Positions 50,201 through 64,000 of a stretch of 64,000 nt of DNA are shown piece after piece. Position numbers and translations under genes: made by a program. Position 1 is the stretch's first letter. Every line of letters begins with the position of its first letter. The stretch lies in the NCBI GenBank assembly GCA_043228905.1, contig JBHGNT010000018.1, forward strand, positions 17,050,001 to 17,114,000, in the 5' to 3' direction. Origin of the DNA: Azolla caroliniana. Taxonomy: Eukaryota; Plantae; Polypodiophyta. The notes beneath the pieces are model-generated. The model was given only the letters and a program-made list of their open reading frames with translations, was not told where the DNA came from and ran no database searches.

Positions 50201-52668
50201 AGGGAGAAGCTTATTTCAGTTGGCCAGCTTCAATTTGAAACTCACTTTGGGCTACAAGGGGCATCATGCCCCCAAATGGAACCTAGAATGTTCCAAATGT
50301 TACAAATTGAAACATGAAATGCCAAATGCTGTTTAGGTAGTTTACAATAATTACAAAAAATTGGAGCCCATATTCAAACTTAGCAGATTAAATGGCTCAT
50401 ATATGGTGATGAGAAATGTTCACCTTTTTAATTAGAAAATTTAAAAATTTACTTCATCTACTCAATCAAATACAACAAACCTATTCATGTCACAGGCAAC
50501 CACAACGGAATGTTCTTTCTTCTTTTCAAAGAAGAATATGCACTCTACTCTATCAGCAAATAACTGTAGGCTACATTATGAACTCCTACATTCCTGTACA
50601 ACTGAATTCAATAAAAAGAATCTACGGGCAGCAGTCAAATAGTTCAGTCAGCTATCTATCATGCCCACTTTAAAACATCACATCCCAAGATGTGAACATG
50701 TCAGGTTGAATCTCAATTTTAGTATGTCTATAACAATTTTAGACCAAAGTGCGACAACGGAAGTTGTGGCGTTTTTTTCAGCTCAATAGGATCATTTCCA
50801 TTCTGTATGGTCACTAATAACCAAATTTAGAGTTAATAATATTCATGATTTCAATGTTTTGAGACTTACAATATATCACAACATGGCTAGTAAAGGTTCC
50901 ATTGCAGTTTCTACAAGCTCATCGCCAAAAAATTCTTCCATAATCTTTCTACAAGCTTTGCATTGAGATACCCCAACTATTGTGTTCAATTCCTTTGACA
51001 TGCATCATGCTAGTTAAGCCACTTGCAGATTAACCACACTCCATTGCAATGTTTGTGCAATTTACTAAGGGTTTCATTTGCCTGGCATACCATGAGAGAC
51101 TTGCTTCAATAGTAAGAAGCAAAAAAAAATATGTCCTCTTGAAATAGCATGCAAGACTTGGGACATAAAAAACTAGAGGATCTGGCAGAATACTGTTTGG
51201 AGATAAAATGCAATTAAATTTGCTATGTTATCCTGAAAGTAGCCATCATATACGTATTGGTTGAACAATTTATAACAGATGGTTAAGTGACCAAATATGG
51301 TAAAGGTATTGAGATATTTGACTTTTCAGGAATCGACAAGAATCCAGCTTGCAGAGCACACATAAACCTAGCAAATGAAGCTCTTAAATTGTCCTGGATG
51401 TTTCAAATTGGAAAAAATTACATTTCTATAACCTAGGCTTGTTTATGGTGGTAATTGCCTTTACATGTCTCTGGTTTTCAGGTATGCATAGGTATGACTA
51501 ACTTTAGAGAAATTTTCACATCTTTACTTCATTGCTCCTATCAATATGCAATCATATAGTAATCAAGTTGCTCATTCTTGATTGTTGTCTCTTATATATT
51601 TTTACATATTGAGAAGAGCAGTAGACATGAAAATTTTCCAATGCTATTCATAATTAAAACCAAGGCATATTTATGAAATTTACTTCAATAATTCTCATTT
51701 GATTGAAAGGCTTCAAAAAAATTGCAAGGCAAATAAATATAGGTTGGGCAGTTTTGAGTTTAACGATTACATCAACCAATCATTCTGTTAATGCATACTC
51801 AAAGAGTACACTTTATCTCCCATAATCCAGGTACAAAGTCTATCTATGACTGTTCTACCCCTCCAGTGTTCCAGACGCTCTAGCAATGTCAAAGCAATGA
51901 GAGATCAATTCAGCCTAGAAGGTTCATGGTTATTGGAAGCTATTTATAATGATCCCTTGAAGAATCATCATGAGACAAATCACTACTCCCATTAATTATT
52001 TTCACATTGGCATAGTTTGCACATTTATTCGTTTGCCATCAAGAAAATCTCCCTATCACTCATTAATGTGACGGGAGTCAGTAAATTCTCTGATCATGAG
52101 CATTTTCAGATATCTCAAATGTAAACACCAAGCTGACATAACAGTTGAAGATTTTCATTAGCAAAAACAAGCCTTAATCTTAAAGCTAGTTTATCTCTGT
52201 AATGTATATACATATTTATGGGATGGATATTAACATCATAAAAAGCTAAGAACCTCAATCATGGAAGCCCATCGATTGTTCTAGATACATGCATATGAAA
52301 AGCAGAGAAGGGCCAGTAATATTGAGCATTTTGACACTCAGGGAAAAGAACAGCAACATTGGTACCTTGGCAGCGAATCAAAACAAGTGTTCCGTAATGT
52401 TGCATGTTGTACAGAGCAGTTTTCCAGACTTTCTGGATGTTTAAACCATTCTCATTCTGCAAATAGAACACATTCATACGATCAAAACTGCAGGGGGGTT
52501 AGGAATTGACTCCATTCAATTAGAAGGATATATTGCACATCACTGACCTTTGTTGCCTCTCCGGGATCACCAAGCACTATTTTTTAGCTTCAATAAAACC
52601 AAGCTGTGGCAATTTATTTCTATGATTTTGAACTCAATCAAAAATGTTGTTCACCAAAACAGCAGGCT

Positions 52669-55600
52669 TCAATTTAGGGAGCCTCTACATCTACAAACCA
52701 AAATGTACAGAAAGTTAAAAACAAATTATATATTTCTACTTCCCGAAATTTATTTCTACTCAACATACAAAATCTTTGACAAGAATGCCGTGTGATACAC
52801 ATATAGATAGATATAAGGTTAAATGTGAATAACCATATTGCATACAATAACTCACTTTATGGAACGGCAGTTGCATGGTATTTTCTGCTCTTCACGTGGG
52901 AATTTGTAATCATATGTAAGCTCTTCTCCTGCTTTAATGCGCCTCTTGGAATATATAAATATTTTCTTTGATCCCTCTACAGTTATTATCTTTGTGTAGC
53001 AATTTGGCTGTACAGGTATATGAAAGCATGGGAAACAAGGTAAATTATATGGCAGGGTCTTGATAATCTAGGAATAAAAATTTAACTTACATCACACGAA
53101 TGATTTATGAACCTCGCAATCCCTCCACGCTTAGTAGCATCAACCTTTTCAACCATGAAACATTTGTTCAACATTTAAGCAAAGAATTAATTTCCTGTTC
53201 AAACATAACATGTTACTCACCACTGTGTCACTATCAATGCGGAAAAGATAGCTACTTCCAATTCCCATTTTTTCATAGTGTAGTTCTCGGAGGTCTGATA
53301 TCTGAAAAACATTTATCATAGTGATTATGATTCCTGTTCATCTTAGGTATGCTAATAGAAAAGTTTGGCAAATACTTACTCTGGGCCTCACAAGCTCACC
53401 AACATACTCGACAACAAAATCACCAGCTTCAATGGGCTCAATAGCAAATACTCCCCAGTCATGTATCTTGCTCCTTGCAAATTTAAGTTGCTTCTTTCGG
53501 GCCTGCAAATTTAAATTAATGTATGAATCTCTCCAAAAACCATGAACTTATCAGCCATAGATTTTTGCAGGTGAATAAATGATAGAATATACCTTCAACT
53601 GTGGAAGTTTAATAATGTCAGAACCTTCAGCAGCAGCAGCTAGTTGCCGAAGCTGTGCTCGATTAGTTCGAGCTGCTTGTGTGTTCTTTTGAATTCTAGA
53701 TGAACTTGAACGGTTAAGAATTTTGGGTCTATCAACTCCATTAATGCAATCTATATTCCTCTGAACTCTTTCAGAAGGATGGGAACTCCGCACTCGATTG
53801 TGCCATGCCCATCCATCAATGGAAGTTCGTGCACAACCATCATATAATCCAGCAGGTGAAGTTGCTGAACCCTGCTTCAATGTGCCCGACTTTTGTATTT
53901 GCTTCCTTGATTTCGTATTTTTCTTTTTAAATAGTTTCTTCATTCTTTTGGGTTTAGATTTTTCTGAAGTTATAAGCATGAGATGCTTCAACGATTTCAC
54001 ATGACTAGTCTCCTGGGATGTGATAGACTGGCAATCACCTCCTAGAGGCAATATTGCATCAGAAGAGCTTCCTGCAATATAGAACACATTATATTAGATC
54101 ATAGCTTAATGATACTAGAAACAAAAAGCATTCTCATGCTGAAAAATCATGAGTTTTTGAGGTACCTTTGTTTTCAATCATTTGTGGCTTCTCATGCTCA
54201 TGTTCAAATACATTCTCAACCTGAATATTGTCTTCCAGCACATGTCGATACACTTCCTCCCCAGAGTCTGACATGCCTTCTTTAGCACTGTCTTCAAAGC
54301 AGCTTCCAGAAGAAAATGACATTGATATCCTATCATTCACTACACATGATTCTGATCTTTCTAAGTCACGGAGCATTTCTTGAGCCTTCAGAATGAAAGG
54401 AAGAATTTTGCTTTGTGATGCAGGATTATTCAAACTGTTGTCTTTAATACTAGCATCTTGTTCTGAACTACTGATTATCTCAGTTATAGAACCATGAAAA
54501 CTTCCAGAATATGACATCTGTAGTGCTGACAAATTAAGCTGTGGGTGCATACAGCCTTCATTCCTTGGTGTATCTTCCATTGTTGACAAACAACTAGATC
54601 TGTTTGACAGGTTATGTTTTTCTTGTGCCAGTAATTTGTTCCTCTCTTTTGTTGCAGCAAGCCAACACCCAAGTTCTTCACTGATAAGACCATCTAGTAC
54701 TCTTTTCGAATAATTCTTTTTCACAGCAACAAGAAGTTCACTTTGGACTAATGATAAATGACCCGAGTTATTCTTGAATTGACTTGACTTATTCAGCTTC
54801 AATGTAGTTTCAGAGTTTCCCAATGGAATCAATGGATTGTTTAATTTTCTTGATACTGCTGTAGGTTGGCTTATATGAGTTGGGATTCTGCCTTCAAAAA
54901 TGAAGTTAATTGGTTTGTACGTAAAATCCTCCACACCTGGTGGGGGTGGCTCATCAATGTCTGGCATTGACTGCTCATATGATGGAACTAGAGCATGAAC
55001 TGCATTTTCCATACCAAAACGAAAATGTTTACTATTCGCTAGGTCTCTCGACAATGTGTTCAACCAAGTCCCATCCCCAGCATTGCCAAACTTTGTTTCA
55101 GCCATAGGCCATGGTTGCACTGGCACACCTAAGCAGACTGCAGGAGCTAAAACAGCAGGGGGTTGTTGAACATTGAATGGCTTAACATTGTTCGCATATA
55201 AATCACGGGTAGCTGGATCCCTTTCTGAGTTCATTCCAATTAAATTGTTCCCCTCGTGAAGAGCACCAACAATAGGATTCAAAGAACAAGTGGCAGTTAT
55301 GCCTTTCTTGCATTGGTTATGTACATTCCTGGCCATCGGATCTGGAATGGGTAATACTGATCTTTGCTGCCATGATGAAAGCCCAAAACTGATCTGACCC
55401 TCGAGAACAGACTTTGCATACGAATGTATGACAGCTGTGCAGAGGTGTTGCTTCACAAATGATAGAAAATCACCCTTCTCAAAAGCACCAATCATCATCT
55501 CAACTGGAACTGTACATGAACTCCCTGTAGATAAACATCAATTTTACTTGGCATATTTTAGGGAATTAGTGTATATTTATGCAGGAAACAAAGCTGCACA

Positions 55601-57477
55601 TACCTTTAACCTGCTGCTCTTTTGAGGCCAATACAGCTGCTACTGTCTCAAAACCAGGTGGAATTGAACCTTCAACAAGTTCAGAAACTGGTATAATGGG
55701 GTGGATAGAAACTGCTGTTGATGAAGGTACCACATTGGCCACAGGATTCTGAGAGCTAACATTCTCCAGAACTTGAACAATATTAGGAACACTGAATCCA
55801 GGTGGAAGATCATCAATATCAGCAGACACAGGAGACTCATTTTGAGCAACCTGCAGACAGCCATGGACCATGGATCCAATGACAATGGGTAGAACACACA
55901 TCACATTACAACTTGTAGCAATGGAAAAATCAACTAAACCACAGCATCTTTCAGCAAGCCATATCATGCATAATCAGAAACACGATGACGTTTCACCACA
56001 AAAGAACACAAGAAATTTCATGTTAACGTGCCAAAACCTCACTCATACCGTTGAAGGATGGCAATATTGAGCTGCCGCATTGCTGGGCAGCTGTATTGGA
56101 AAGGAGATTCCTTGGTTTCGAGATCTTGAACAAGAGGTGATAGCTGTGTCCTCCACTTTTCCCGAGCTTTTTGATACTTGCACAGGTACTCCCATTTTCT
56201 CTTGAGACATATGAGGTGATGAAGCACGCGATTTAAGTGACGTACCATTGCAACCTCCTACTCCTTCAACCAAATCCTTCAATGCCACTGGCTTACCAAG
56301 ATTTCCACCTTCGACTCCATATATAGGAAGATCCCCTTGGAGAAACCCAGCCTTTAATCCATCCATCAACTGTCTCAGTGAGTATGGACCACACATTTTT
56401 CTATGCTCATTCAAATATTTCCATTTGGGTTCATCAAGAACTGTCTTCTGCATGCTTTGTTCAACCTTTAGCTTTTTCATGGGTGGTCCACTGAACCTTG
56501 GTTCCAATAGTTTCGTAGGACCATTATTTGGTCTATTTGGAGATTGGTTGTTTGTTGCCCATGACCCATTACCAGAATAAGGATTTACCGAGTTAGTAGG
56601 ACGCCTTCCATTCTGATTTGGATCCGAACATGAACCCCATGCAGGCTTCATTTGCTTGGAGCCTCCAGACAATTGATTATTCCTATATCCAACCATACCC
56701 ACACTTTGATTGCTATTATACCCTTCAGCTTTTGCAGAGTCCACTGTTGGTGGCATACAATGAGCTCTAGATGGTGGCCCCTGTAAAGCTGGATAGCCAC
56801 GTTTCCTATCTTCAACCTGGCACAGTTATTTCATAGAAGTAAGTACCCCTATAAAAAAAGAACAATCATATTCCTTGATTGATCTAACATGAGACCATCA
56901 TGGCGCATATAACCAAGCATCTCACCAAAGTGACATGCTTATCTTCTATCTTCCCATGTGGGAAAAGGCACACTTCCCCGCACATTTTCCTTCCATATTC
57001 AACATTACCTAGGAAATTCTCATGTGGGAAAGACTGCAATTCCCTCAGGTTTCCCAGCCGCACTCAATGGCATGAGTTTCTGAATATGAGGTTCAGCATT
57101 CCTAGCTATACAGGTTCCCATGTGACAAAGACCCCACTTTCCTTCATCTCTCTCATACTTCCCTTCTCAAGAAGCATATAACAATAGACCCTAATCCTCC
57201 CACTGCTAGGCCCTAATCCTCATAATGCTAGGTCCAAATCCTCAATGTCCATGGAATTATAGTGAAAAAGATTCTGAAGACTCCTTGTTACCAGAAAAGA
57301 TTAGAGTCTACACCTTACCTGTTGAATAGGTCTCGCAATCGAGCTCGAGGAAATAGAACTGTTTGCAGGTGGGGGTCTCCAGAAAGGGGGTCTCTGTGAC
57401 ACGTGCGCATTGTTTATGCGGTTGGGTATATTTGAAGCTAAGTAGATACCCCCTTTGTTATTCTCACCAGGATCCAT
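52669..57477 (-). CDS. ATXR7: SET1-type histone H3K4 methyltransferase (ATXR7/SDG25-like), about 1147 aa. Exons: 57477-57319, 56816-56049, 55850-55604, 55524-54166, 54071-53593, 53502-53380, 53301-53221, 53144-53091, 53007-52856, 52690-52669
   Basis: GYF-like [28 protein letters not shown] and [16 protein letters not shown] domain [20 protein letters not shown]...EYVGE...[11 protein letters not shown]...[24 protein letters not shown]...[10 protein letters not shown]. Post-[18 protein letters not shown]. All nine introns are GT-AG and phase-compatible. The 5' exons are less certain than the SET exons. Confidence 0.9.
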
Positions 57478-57757
57478 GACTTGTCGGCCTTATTGCCTTC
57501 TGTTCGACCTCTGCTTTGATCCTAAGTCCGCATACCCATGGGAATATTCCAAGAAGGTTCTACTTTAGATGTGGGGCCGGCAGAATCAGCCGGCCCAGAA
57601 TTCATTAGCAGTCTCGAAGCTTCAGATTCTGTAAGATTCCATGGCCGGCCTTAATCTCTGCTCAAGAAATCACATGTTGAGAGATCATGTGAACATGTTG
57701 GCATCAGAATCAATAAGCATACCAGATCTTGGGCCTGAGAATCGAACAGATAGGAGC

Positions 57758-57766
57758 AAACCCTAA
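57758..57766. promoter_or_regulatory. Telo-box AAACCCTAA in the 5' region of the SET gene
   Basis: Exact motif, with a variant AAACCCTGA at 57783, next to a CT-rich minus-strand leader. Function is inferred. Confidence 0.45.
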
Positions 57767-58083
57767 TTTGACTATCACAGGAAAACCCTGATTTACGCAG
57801 TCGAGTCGGGAGGGCGGGGGGCCGTGAAGATGGAGAGGATTTGTGGGGGAGGGATAAAGGAGGAATAGGTCTGATGAGGAGCTCTGATACAGACAGAGAA
57901 AGAGGAAGAGAATAGGATCGTAAAGAAGAAGAAGAAGAAAGGGATTGAAGTCGTAACAGTTGCGTCTGGTATAAAGGGTGCTTTCCTTGACCTCACCATA
58001 GCCTAGGCTCGGTTAACTTAACCATCCTCACTAACCATGGTTAAACAAAATACCTCTACGTCGATGGTCTATCAACCCCCATC

Positions 58084-58320
58084 CATACATACATACATAC
58101 ACAAGTGACACATACATACATACATACATACATACATAAATATACATACAAACATACATACATATGTACATACACACATACATACATACATACATACATA
58201 CATGCATGCATATGTACATACATACATACATACATACATATGTACATACATACATACATATGTACATACACACATACATACATACATACATACATACATA
58301 CATACATACATACATACATA
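58084..58320. repeat. (CATA)n imperfect tetranucleotide microsatellite
   Basis: Direct sequence, about 240 bp. Confidence 0.95.
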
Positions 58321-58449
58321 ATGATGCACCCCCCACTTCCGTCTCCTTGCTCATGTCCGTGACAATAGTGTTGCCGATAGTCATTCACACACCCACTTCC
58401 CTCTTCTTGCAAGAATTAAAAAGTCGAGATGACGGCAATGTCTGTCATG

Positions 58450-59111
58450 TCTGGGAAAATGGCGCCACCAACAGTAGCTCATGCAAACCACTTCTTCTTC
58501 TCCACGATACCAATCAAGATGACACAATGTCTGTTTCCCAAAAAAAATGAACACGAGTGTTTAGTTTTGTTGAACTTCTTGGTTGGACGTGTATGAGAAA
58601 TTGTCTGGGAAAATGGCGCCACTAACAGTCGCTCATGCGAACCACTTCTTCTTCTCAATGTTACCAATCAAGATGACGCAATGTCTATTTAGTTTTGTTG
58701 AACTTCTTGGTTGGAAGTACTATGTATGAGAAATTGAATCCAATAAACATATATCGATCTTTTTCAAGACTCCTTTGGGTTCATGCTATTGTAGTTTGGT
58801 ATATTCTCATGCATGAAAAGGAATCTCAATCAATCATGTGGCACCATATGATTTGATCTTAGAAGTGGACGCTTTAAGTTAGAAAAATGAACACAAGTGT
58901 TTAGTTTTGTTGAACTTCTTGGTTGGAAGTACTGTGTATGAGAAATCGAATCCAATAAACATATATTGATCTTTTTCAAGATTCCTTTGGGTTCATGCTA
59001 TTGTAGTTTGGTATATTCTCATGCATGAAAAGGAATCTCAATCAATCATGTGCCCAATCAATCTCATGTGGCACCATATGATTTGATCTTAGAAATGGAC
59101 ACTTCAAGTTA
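58450..59111. repeat. Interleaved local direct duplications
   Basis: 58450-58532 resembles 58602-58685, and 58688-58881 resembles 58900-59111. TTTAGTTTTGTTGAACTTCTTGGTTGGA occurs three times. Confidence 0.85.
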
Positions 59112-59494
59112 AATATATTTGCTTGCTTAATTTGGATGGCCACTAATTGCATAATCTCACTTTTACTTCACTTGGCTACCTTGAATATTACTTTCTTTTT
59201 TCTTGCAATACATATAATAGTTATGGGAAACCTTGATTTGAGTTAAAAAGCTCCAAATTAGAGGAATGTGCAAAATATTGGTCCACAAAAGTACTCAACA
59301 TAAAGTGGAAATATTTTTAAAAAGTATTCTTCAATCGTAAAAAGATAATATCAAGGAGGATTTGAAGAAATGAAAGTCAATTGTATGCGATTGACCAAAT
59401 TCCACATGATTTCAAGTTATCCAATTTGCATCATCTATAGATTAAAGGAATGGAGACTAAATAGATGGACAAAATTTATTGTTGATTAGCAACA

Positions 59495-62400
59495 TTACTT
59501 GTGGGTCTATAAGGGAGGTTATCACCCGCAATAGTCCACTCAAAACCAATTACAAGTATTATAGATCTTGATACTAACGTAAGCTTAAGATAAGGACAAT
59601 GAAAAGATAGATAGAAAGGAGAAAGAGAAAGAAGGGTGCCGATCCACCCGACCACCCCCGAGCGAAGGGATCGAGACGGACTCGAGCCTCGATCGGCGTC
59701 CCATACCACCGCCGTGGCGTCGAGTCGTACCTGGTGCTGGCGCGCTCGCTACAAGAGTTGACCCACCACACGAGCAGAGTCTCGATGTAGTCAAAAGATG
59801 ATCAAATGAGGGTAGCTAGGCCTCTTATTTATAGCGAAACCCAAGGCCCCCAGGCAAGTTCACACTTGACCTAATGGGTTGTCTCAATCCCGAGGATTAA
59901 AAGTAATCCTCCCCTTCTTTACACTCTCATTTAACCCTCACACTTATCCACGTGTATAGAATACTACGGTAAATTCTTACCACGGGATATTATATGGTCA
60001 TGCCCGTAACATACTCCCCCTCTTTAAAACATTGCACTCTTGCAATGGAAAGTTAGGGAAGTTAGTTCTAAGAGTATTTTCGCGTTTCCATGTGGCATCT
60101 TTTATTGATTTATCCATCCATTTTATTTTGAATTCTCGTATTTCTTTAGTACGTAATTTTTTGATTTTAACATCGAGAATTCTTTCTGGTACATGTGGTT
60201 TAGAAGATAATTATTCAGAAGTAACCAGAGTTTCAGTCGTAACTGTATTGTCGCCAGAACCTAGAAGTTCTTTTAGACGACTCACATGAAAGACTGGATG
60301 AATTCCGACACCATCGGGAAGAGCGAGACGATAGGATGATGACCCAATGCGTTTGAGGACTGTAAAAGGTCCACAAAACCGTGGGGCTAACTTAGCGCAC
60401 TTACCCGTAGACAATGTCTTAGAATTGTGAGGTACACGTAAAAATACCTTCTGTCCAAGGTTGAATACACGAGGTTGCCTATGATGATCGGCATAAAAAC
60501 GCGCTCTATCTTGAGCTGTTTTTATATTATCTCGTGCAATATGCAACATATCTTGCATATCCCGAAGAAAGTTTTGCGTACTTCGCAACTCATCATGATG
60601 TATATTAACATCAATCGGGGCTCGGGGCTGAAAACCATACATCAACATAAAAGGACTATATCCCGTCGACGTATGCTTGGAGCTGTTATAAGCAAACTCC
60701 AAAATTGGGAGATAACGTTCCCATTTTGTTGGTTTTGCACCAACGTATGCTCGAAGCATGTCCTCAATAATTTGATTTACTCGTTCTGTCTGTCCATCGG
60801 ATTGAGGATGATCCGTGGAGCTCATGCTCAACGTAGTTTCTAACTTCTTAAAGACTTGTGTCCAAAAGTCACTAGTAAACTTTGGATCTCGATCACTCAC
60901 GATATCCATCGGTAACCCATAAAAACGAAACAATTCGTCAACGAATTGGTAAGCCAATTCAGGAGCTGTTACCGTGGTTTTAGTAGCAATAAATCTGGCC
61001 ATTTTAGTTAGTTGATCAACGACAACCCAGATGGCATCATGACCTTTTTGGGTGCGAGGAAGGCTAACAATAAAATCCATGGATATACTTTCCCACTTAT
61101 TATTGGGAATGTCCAAGGGATGTAAAAGTCCTGCGGCTTTAAGTCGCTCGGCTTTGTTAACTTGGCACTGGTGACATTTAGTCACATAGCTATGTATGTC
61201 AGGACGCATCTTAGGCCAATAAAATTGAGTGGAGATGAGAACGAGTGTACGATGTATTCCAGGGTGCCCTGCTGAGGGTGCATCATGGCATTCAAAAAGA
61301 ATCCTCTTTTTGACCTCGGGTAAATCTGGAACACAAACCTTCCCATTACGGTAGAGCAAACCGTTAGCAATGTGGAAGTATTCCTTCGAGGATGTGGTGG
61401 TGTCTGTTCCAGACTCAACTCTTGCCCAGTATTTTGCGAAATAACTGTCATCAGGATACTTTCCTCAAAGGTGATCATAAAGATCTGATGATATTTCAGT
61501 GAAGCTAAGCGTGTTAACTTCACGGATGCGACTTAGTGCATCAGCGACAATGTTCATGGAACCTTTACGATATCGTATGGAAAAATCAAAGTCCTGGATG
61601 AGATCAGCCCATCGTGCCTTACGACCTTTCAGGTCTTGTTGGTCACAAAAATATTTCAAGGACTCGTGGTCCATAATTACCACAAAGTGATTTCCATAAA
61701 GATAATGGCGCCATGTTTTGAGCGCATGTATAACTGCAAATAATTCCTTTTCTTGAACGGTATACCGACATTGAGCAGAATCAAGTTTCTTACTCCCGAA
61801 TGCTATTGGTTTACCATCTTGATACAAGACAACACCTATAGCATAATCGCTTGCATCGGTTTCAACCTCAAAAGGTTTTGAAGGATCGGGTAAAAGAAGT
61901 GAAGGAGCCTTGCAAACCAGGTCCTTGAGTTCCTTAAAGGCAAGGTCTAGTGTAGCATTCCACACAATAGGTTTTGTAGACTTACGCGTTTGACCTTTTA
62001 AAAGATTAGTAAACGGCGTCGTCAATTGGGAGTAATTACAAAGAGACTTTCGCAAAAACCCCACAAAACCAAGGAATGATCGAACTTCTCGAATATTCCG
62101 AAGAGTGGGCCAAAGCTTGATTTTCTCAATGTGAGAAGGATCAATTTCAACTCCTCGTTCAGTTATGAGATGTCCTAGATAAGTAATTGATTTCTTGAAG
62201 AACTCACATTTTGAGATCTTCGCATAAAACTGTTTGTCACGCAATGTTTGTAAAACAAAGCGGACATGTCTAGCATGTTCTTGTAATGTACGGCTATAAA
62301 CTAAAATATCATCCAAGAAAATAACGACAAATTTTCCAAGTTGTTCTCGGAAAATGTCATTCATTTCTTGTTGAAAAGTAGCCGGAGCATTGGTCAAACC

Positions 62401-64000
62401 AAAAGGCATAACCAAAAACTCGTAATGGCCATAGCGCGTACGAAATGCCGTTTTAGGAACATCGTCCTCACTTATTCGTATTTGATGGTAGCCAGTACGG
62501 AGATCAAGTTTCGTAAAATACCGAGCTCCCTGGAGACGGTCAATTAGATCGTCAGCCGGGGCAATGGATACGAATTCTTGATCGTCACTTTATTCAAGCG
62601 TCGGTAATTAATACACATACGCCATGTGCCCTCTTTCTTTTTAACCAAGAGAACTGGTGCACCCCATGGAGATTTACTATAACGTATATAACCCATTCGT
62701 AAATAGTCCTTGAGTTGCTTAGATACCTCATCTTCTTCGGATCGACTTAAGCGATACGGAGGTATACTTATTGGTGCAACACCAGGTACAATATCTATAC
62801 GATGGTCTATATTACGTTTAGGAGGTAACCCATTAGGTAGTTCACTTGGAAAAACATCATGAAAATCATTTAAGATTTCATCAAGTTGTTGTTGTTCAAA
62901 ATATGTTAATTGAATCGGGACATTATCGATATTGTAAACGTGAATGTCCGGATCAAGTACACAATAAAATAACGTAGAATAAGACAACTCGGATATTGAT
63001 GGACACGAGGAAACAATCGAGAGGGATTGTTTTTTTACACATTGAATAAAATGCGTACAATCGTTCAGTACAAAAGAAATGGAATGACGAACCCAATCAA
63101 TAAATAAAGAAGAGTTTTTATTATAAAACCAGGGATAACCCAGTATTACATCGGTGGTACAAAGATTCATTACATGGAAGTCTACTTCCTCTATATAAGT
63201 ATCAATAGAAATTCCTAATGAATGAATCGCCCCGTTGATGTATTGTACTCTTCCATCAGCCAAGTGCACCGTGTAGGTGTGATCACTTACGGTGGGTTGG
63301 ATTCCCCATATCTGAACCAAACGATCATTCACAAAATTGTGTGAGCTTCCCGAATCAAATAAAAATTGTACGGGAGATCCATTGATATACCCGTTTGCAC
63401 GTAGTAAATCATTGGGACCCAATACATAGTGAGGGAAAGAACATTGACAAGTACTTAAATGATGTGTATAGACCTGAAGGACATTAGGAATCTGACCTTT
63501 ATGGTCTGCAGCTTTAGCTTTGTTGTCGTGCTCTTTCCGTTGGAGCTTTCGACATTGATCTTTTGTATGACCCTTCTTTTTGCAGAATACACAAAAAGGA
63601 TGTTGTCGCTTACAATCGCGATCCAGGAATTCGTTGGGTGTCTTGTGTTTCCCAACAAATTGCGGTTGCTTAGTCCCGGGCGCTTCGTTGGGTTTGTTAT
63701 GGTCCTTCTTCGAAGTGCGTTGATAGCGAAGAACTATTTCAACGGCCTCTTCGAAGGATTTTGGATCCTTATCGTGCACTATCCAGTGATAGTCCGAATT
63801 GGGGATGCCATTGACAAAACAAGCTATCAACCAATTGTCCCCTTCTAGACCCGATTTTTGGATTTGGGTTCTAGCATGGTGAACATAGTCTTCTAGCGAG
63901 GAAAATTTCCTGCTAGAGAGGTTCATTAAAGCTTGTGCTGCCTCGGTTCGAGAGGGAGGTTGCAGAAATTGGCCCTTAAAAACCGTGACAAAATCTGTCC
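59495..64000 (-). mobile_element. Defective Ty3/gypsy chromovirus; 3' LTR at about 59495-60011, 5' end outside the window
   Basis: gag knuckle [14 protein letters not shown], protease [35 protein letters not shown], RNase H ETDASD..EKEL, integrase CHDAPSAGHPG..SMDF..SDRD..QTER, GPF motif and a chromodomain after the stop at 60211. PPT AAGAGGGGGAGTA at 60024-60012. Frameshifts present; left LTR boundary uncertain. Confidence 0.93.

Noticed and set aside
44200-52300. Short ORFs and scattered splice-like signals in the AT-rich interval
   Set aside because: No coherent exon chain or recognisable domain; likely intergenic/UTR sequence and old repeat debris.
58031-58550. YVCM/HTYI-repeat ORFs
   Set aside because: Translations of the (CATA)n microsatellite.

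Overview
Eukaryotic land-plant genomic DNA. The retroelement mix suggests a non-seed plant such as a fern or lycophyte, but that is inference. Three host genes are supported: an intronless fasciclin-like arabinogalactan protein (+, 2716-3849), an intronless clade-A AHL AT-hook/PPC protein (-, 9593-10552) and a 10-exon ATXR7/SDG25-like SET1-type H3K4 methyltransferase (-, 52669-57477). About 14-44 kb is a deeply nested retrotransposon cluster. It holds an apparently intact Tnt1/Tork-like copia with matching 703-bp LTRs, inserted in a pol-less, tRNA-Trp-primed gag-only LTR element whose family makes 4-bp, mostly CG-centred target duplications. That element sits in a copia family whose Pol frame extends about 210 codons past the usual end and has two PPT-like tracts. 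The cluster also has a copia with its integrase segment inverted, a long fold-back repeat and a SINE-like insertion with two opposed tRNA-like modules. A degenerate chromovirus runs off the right end. All calls come from reading the sequence by eye; no database search was run.
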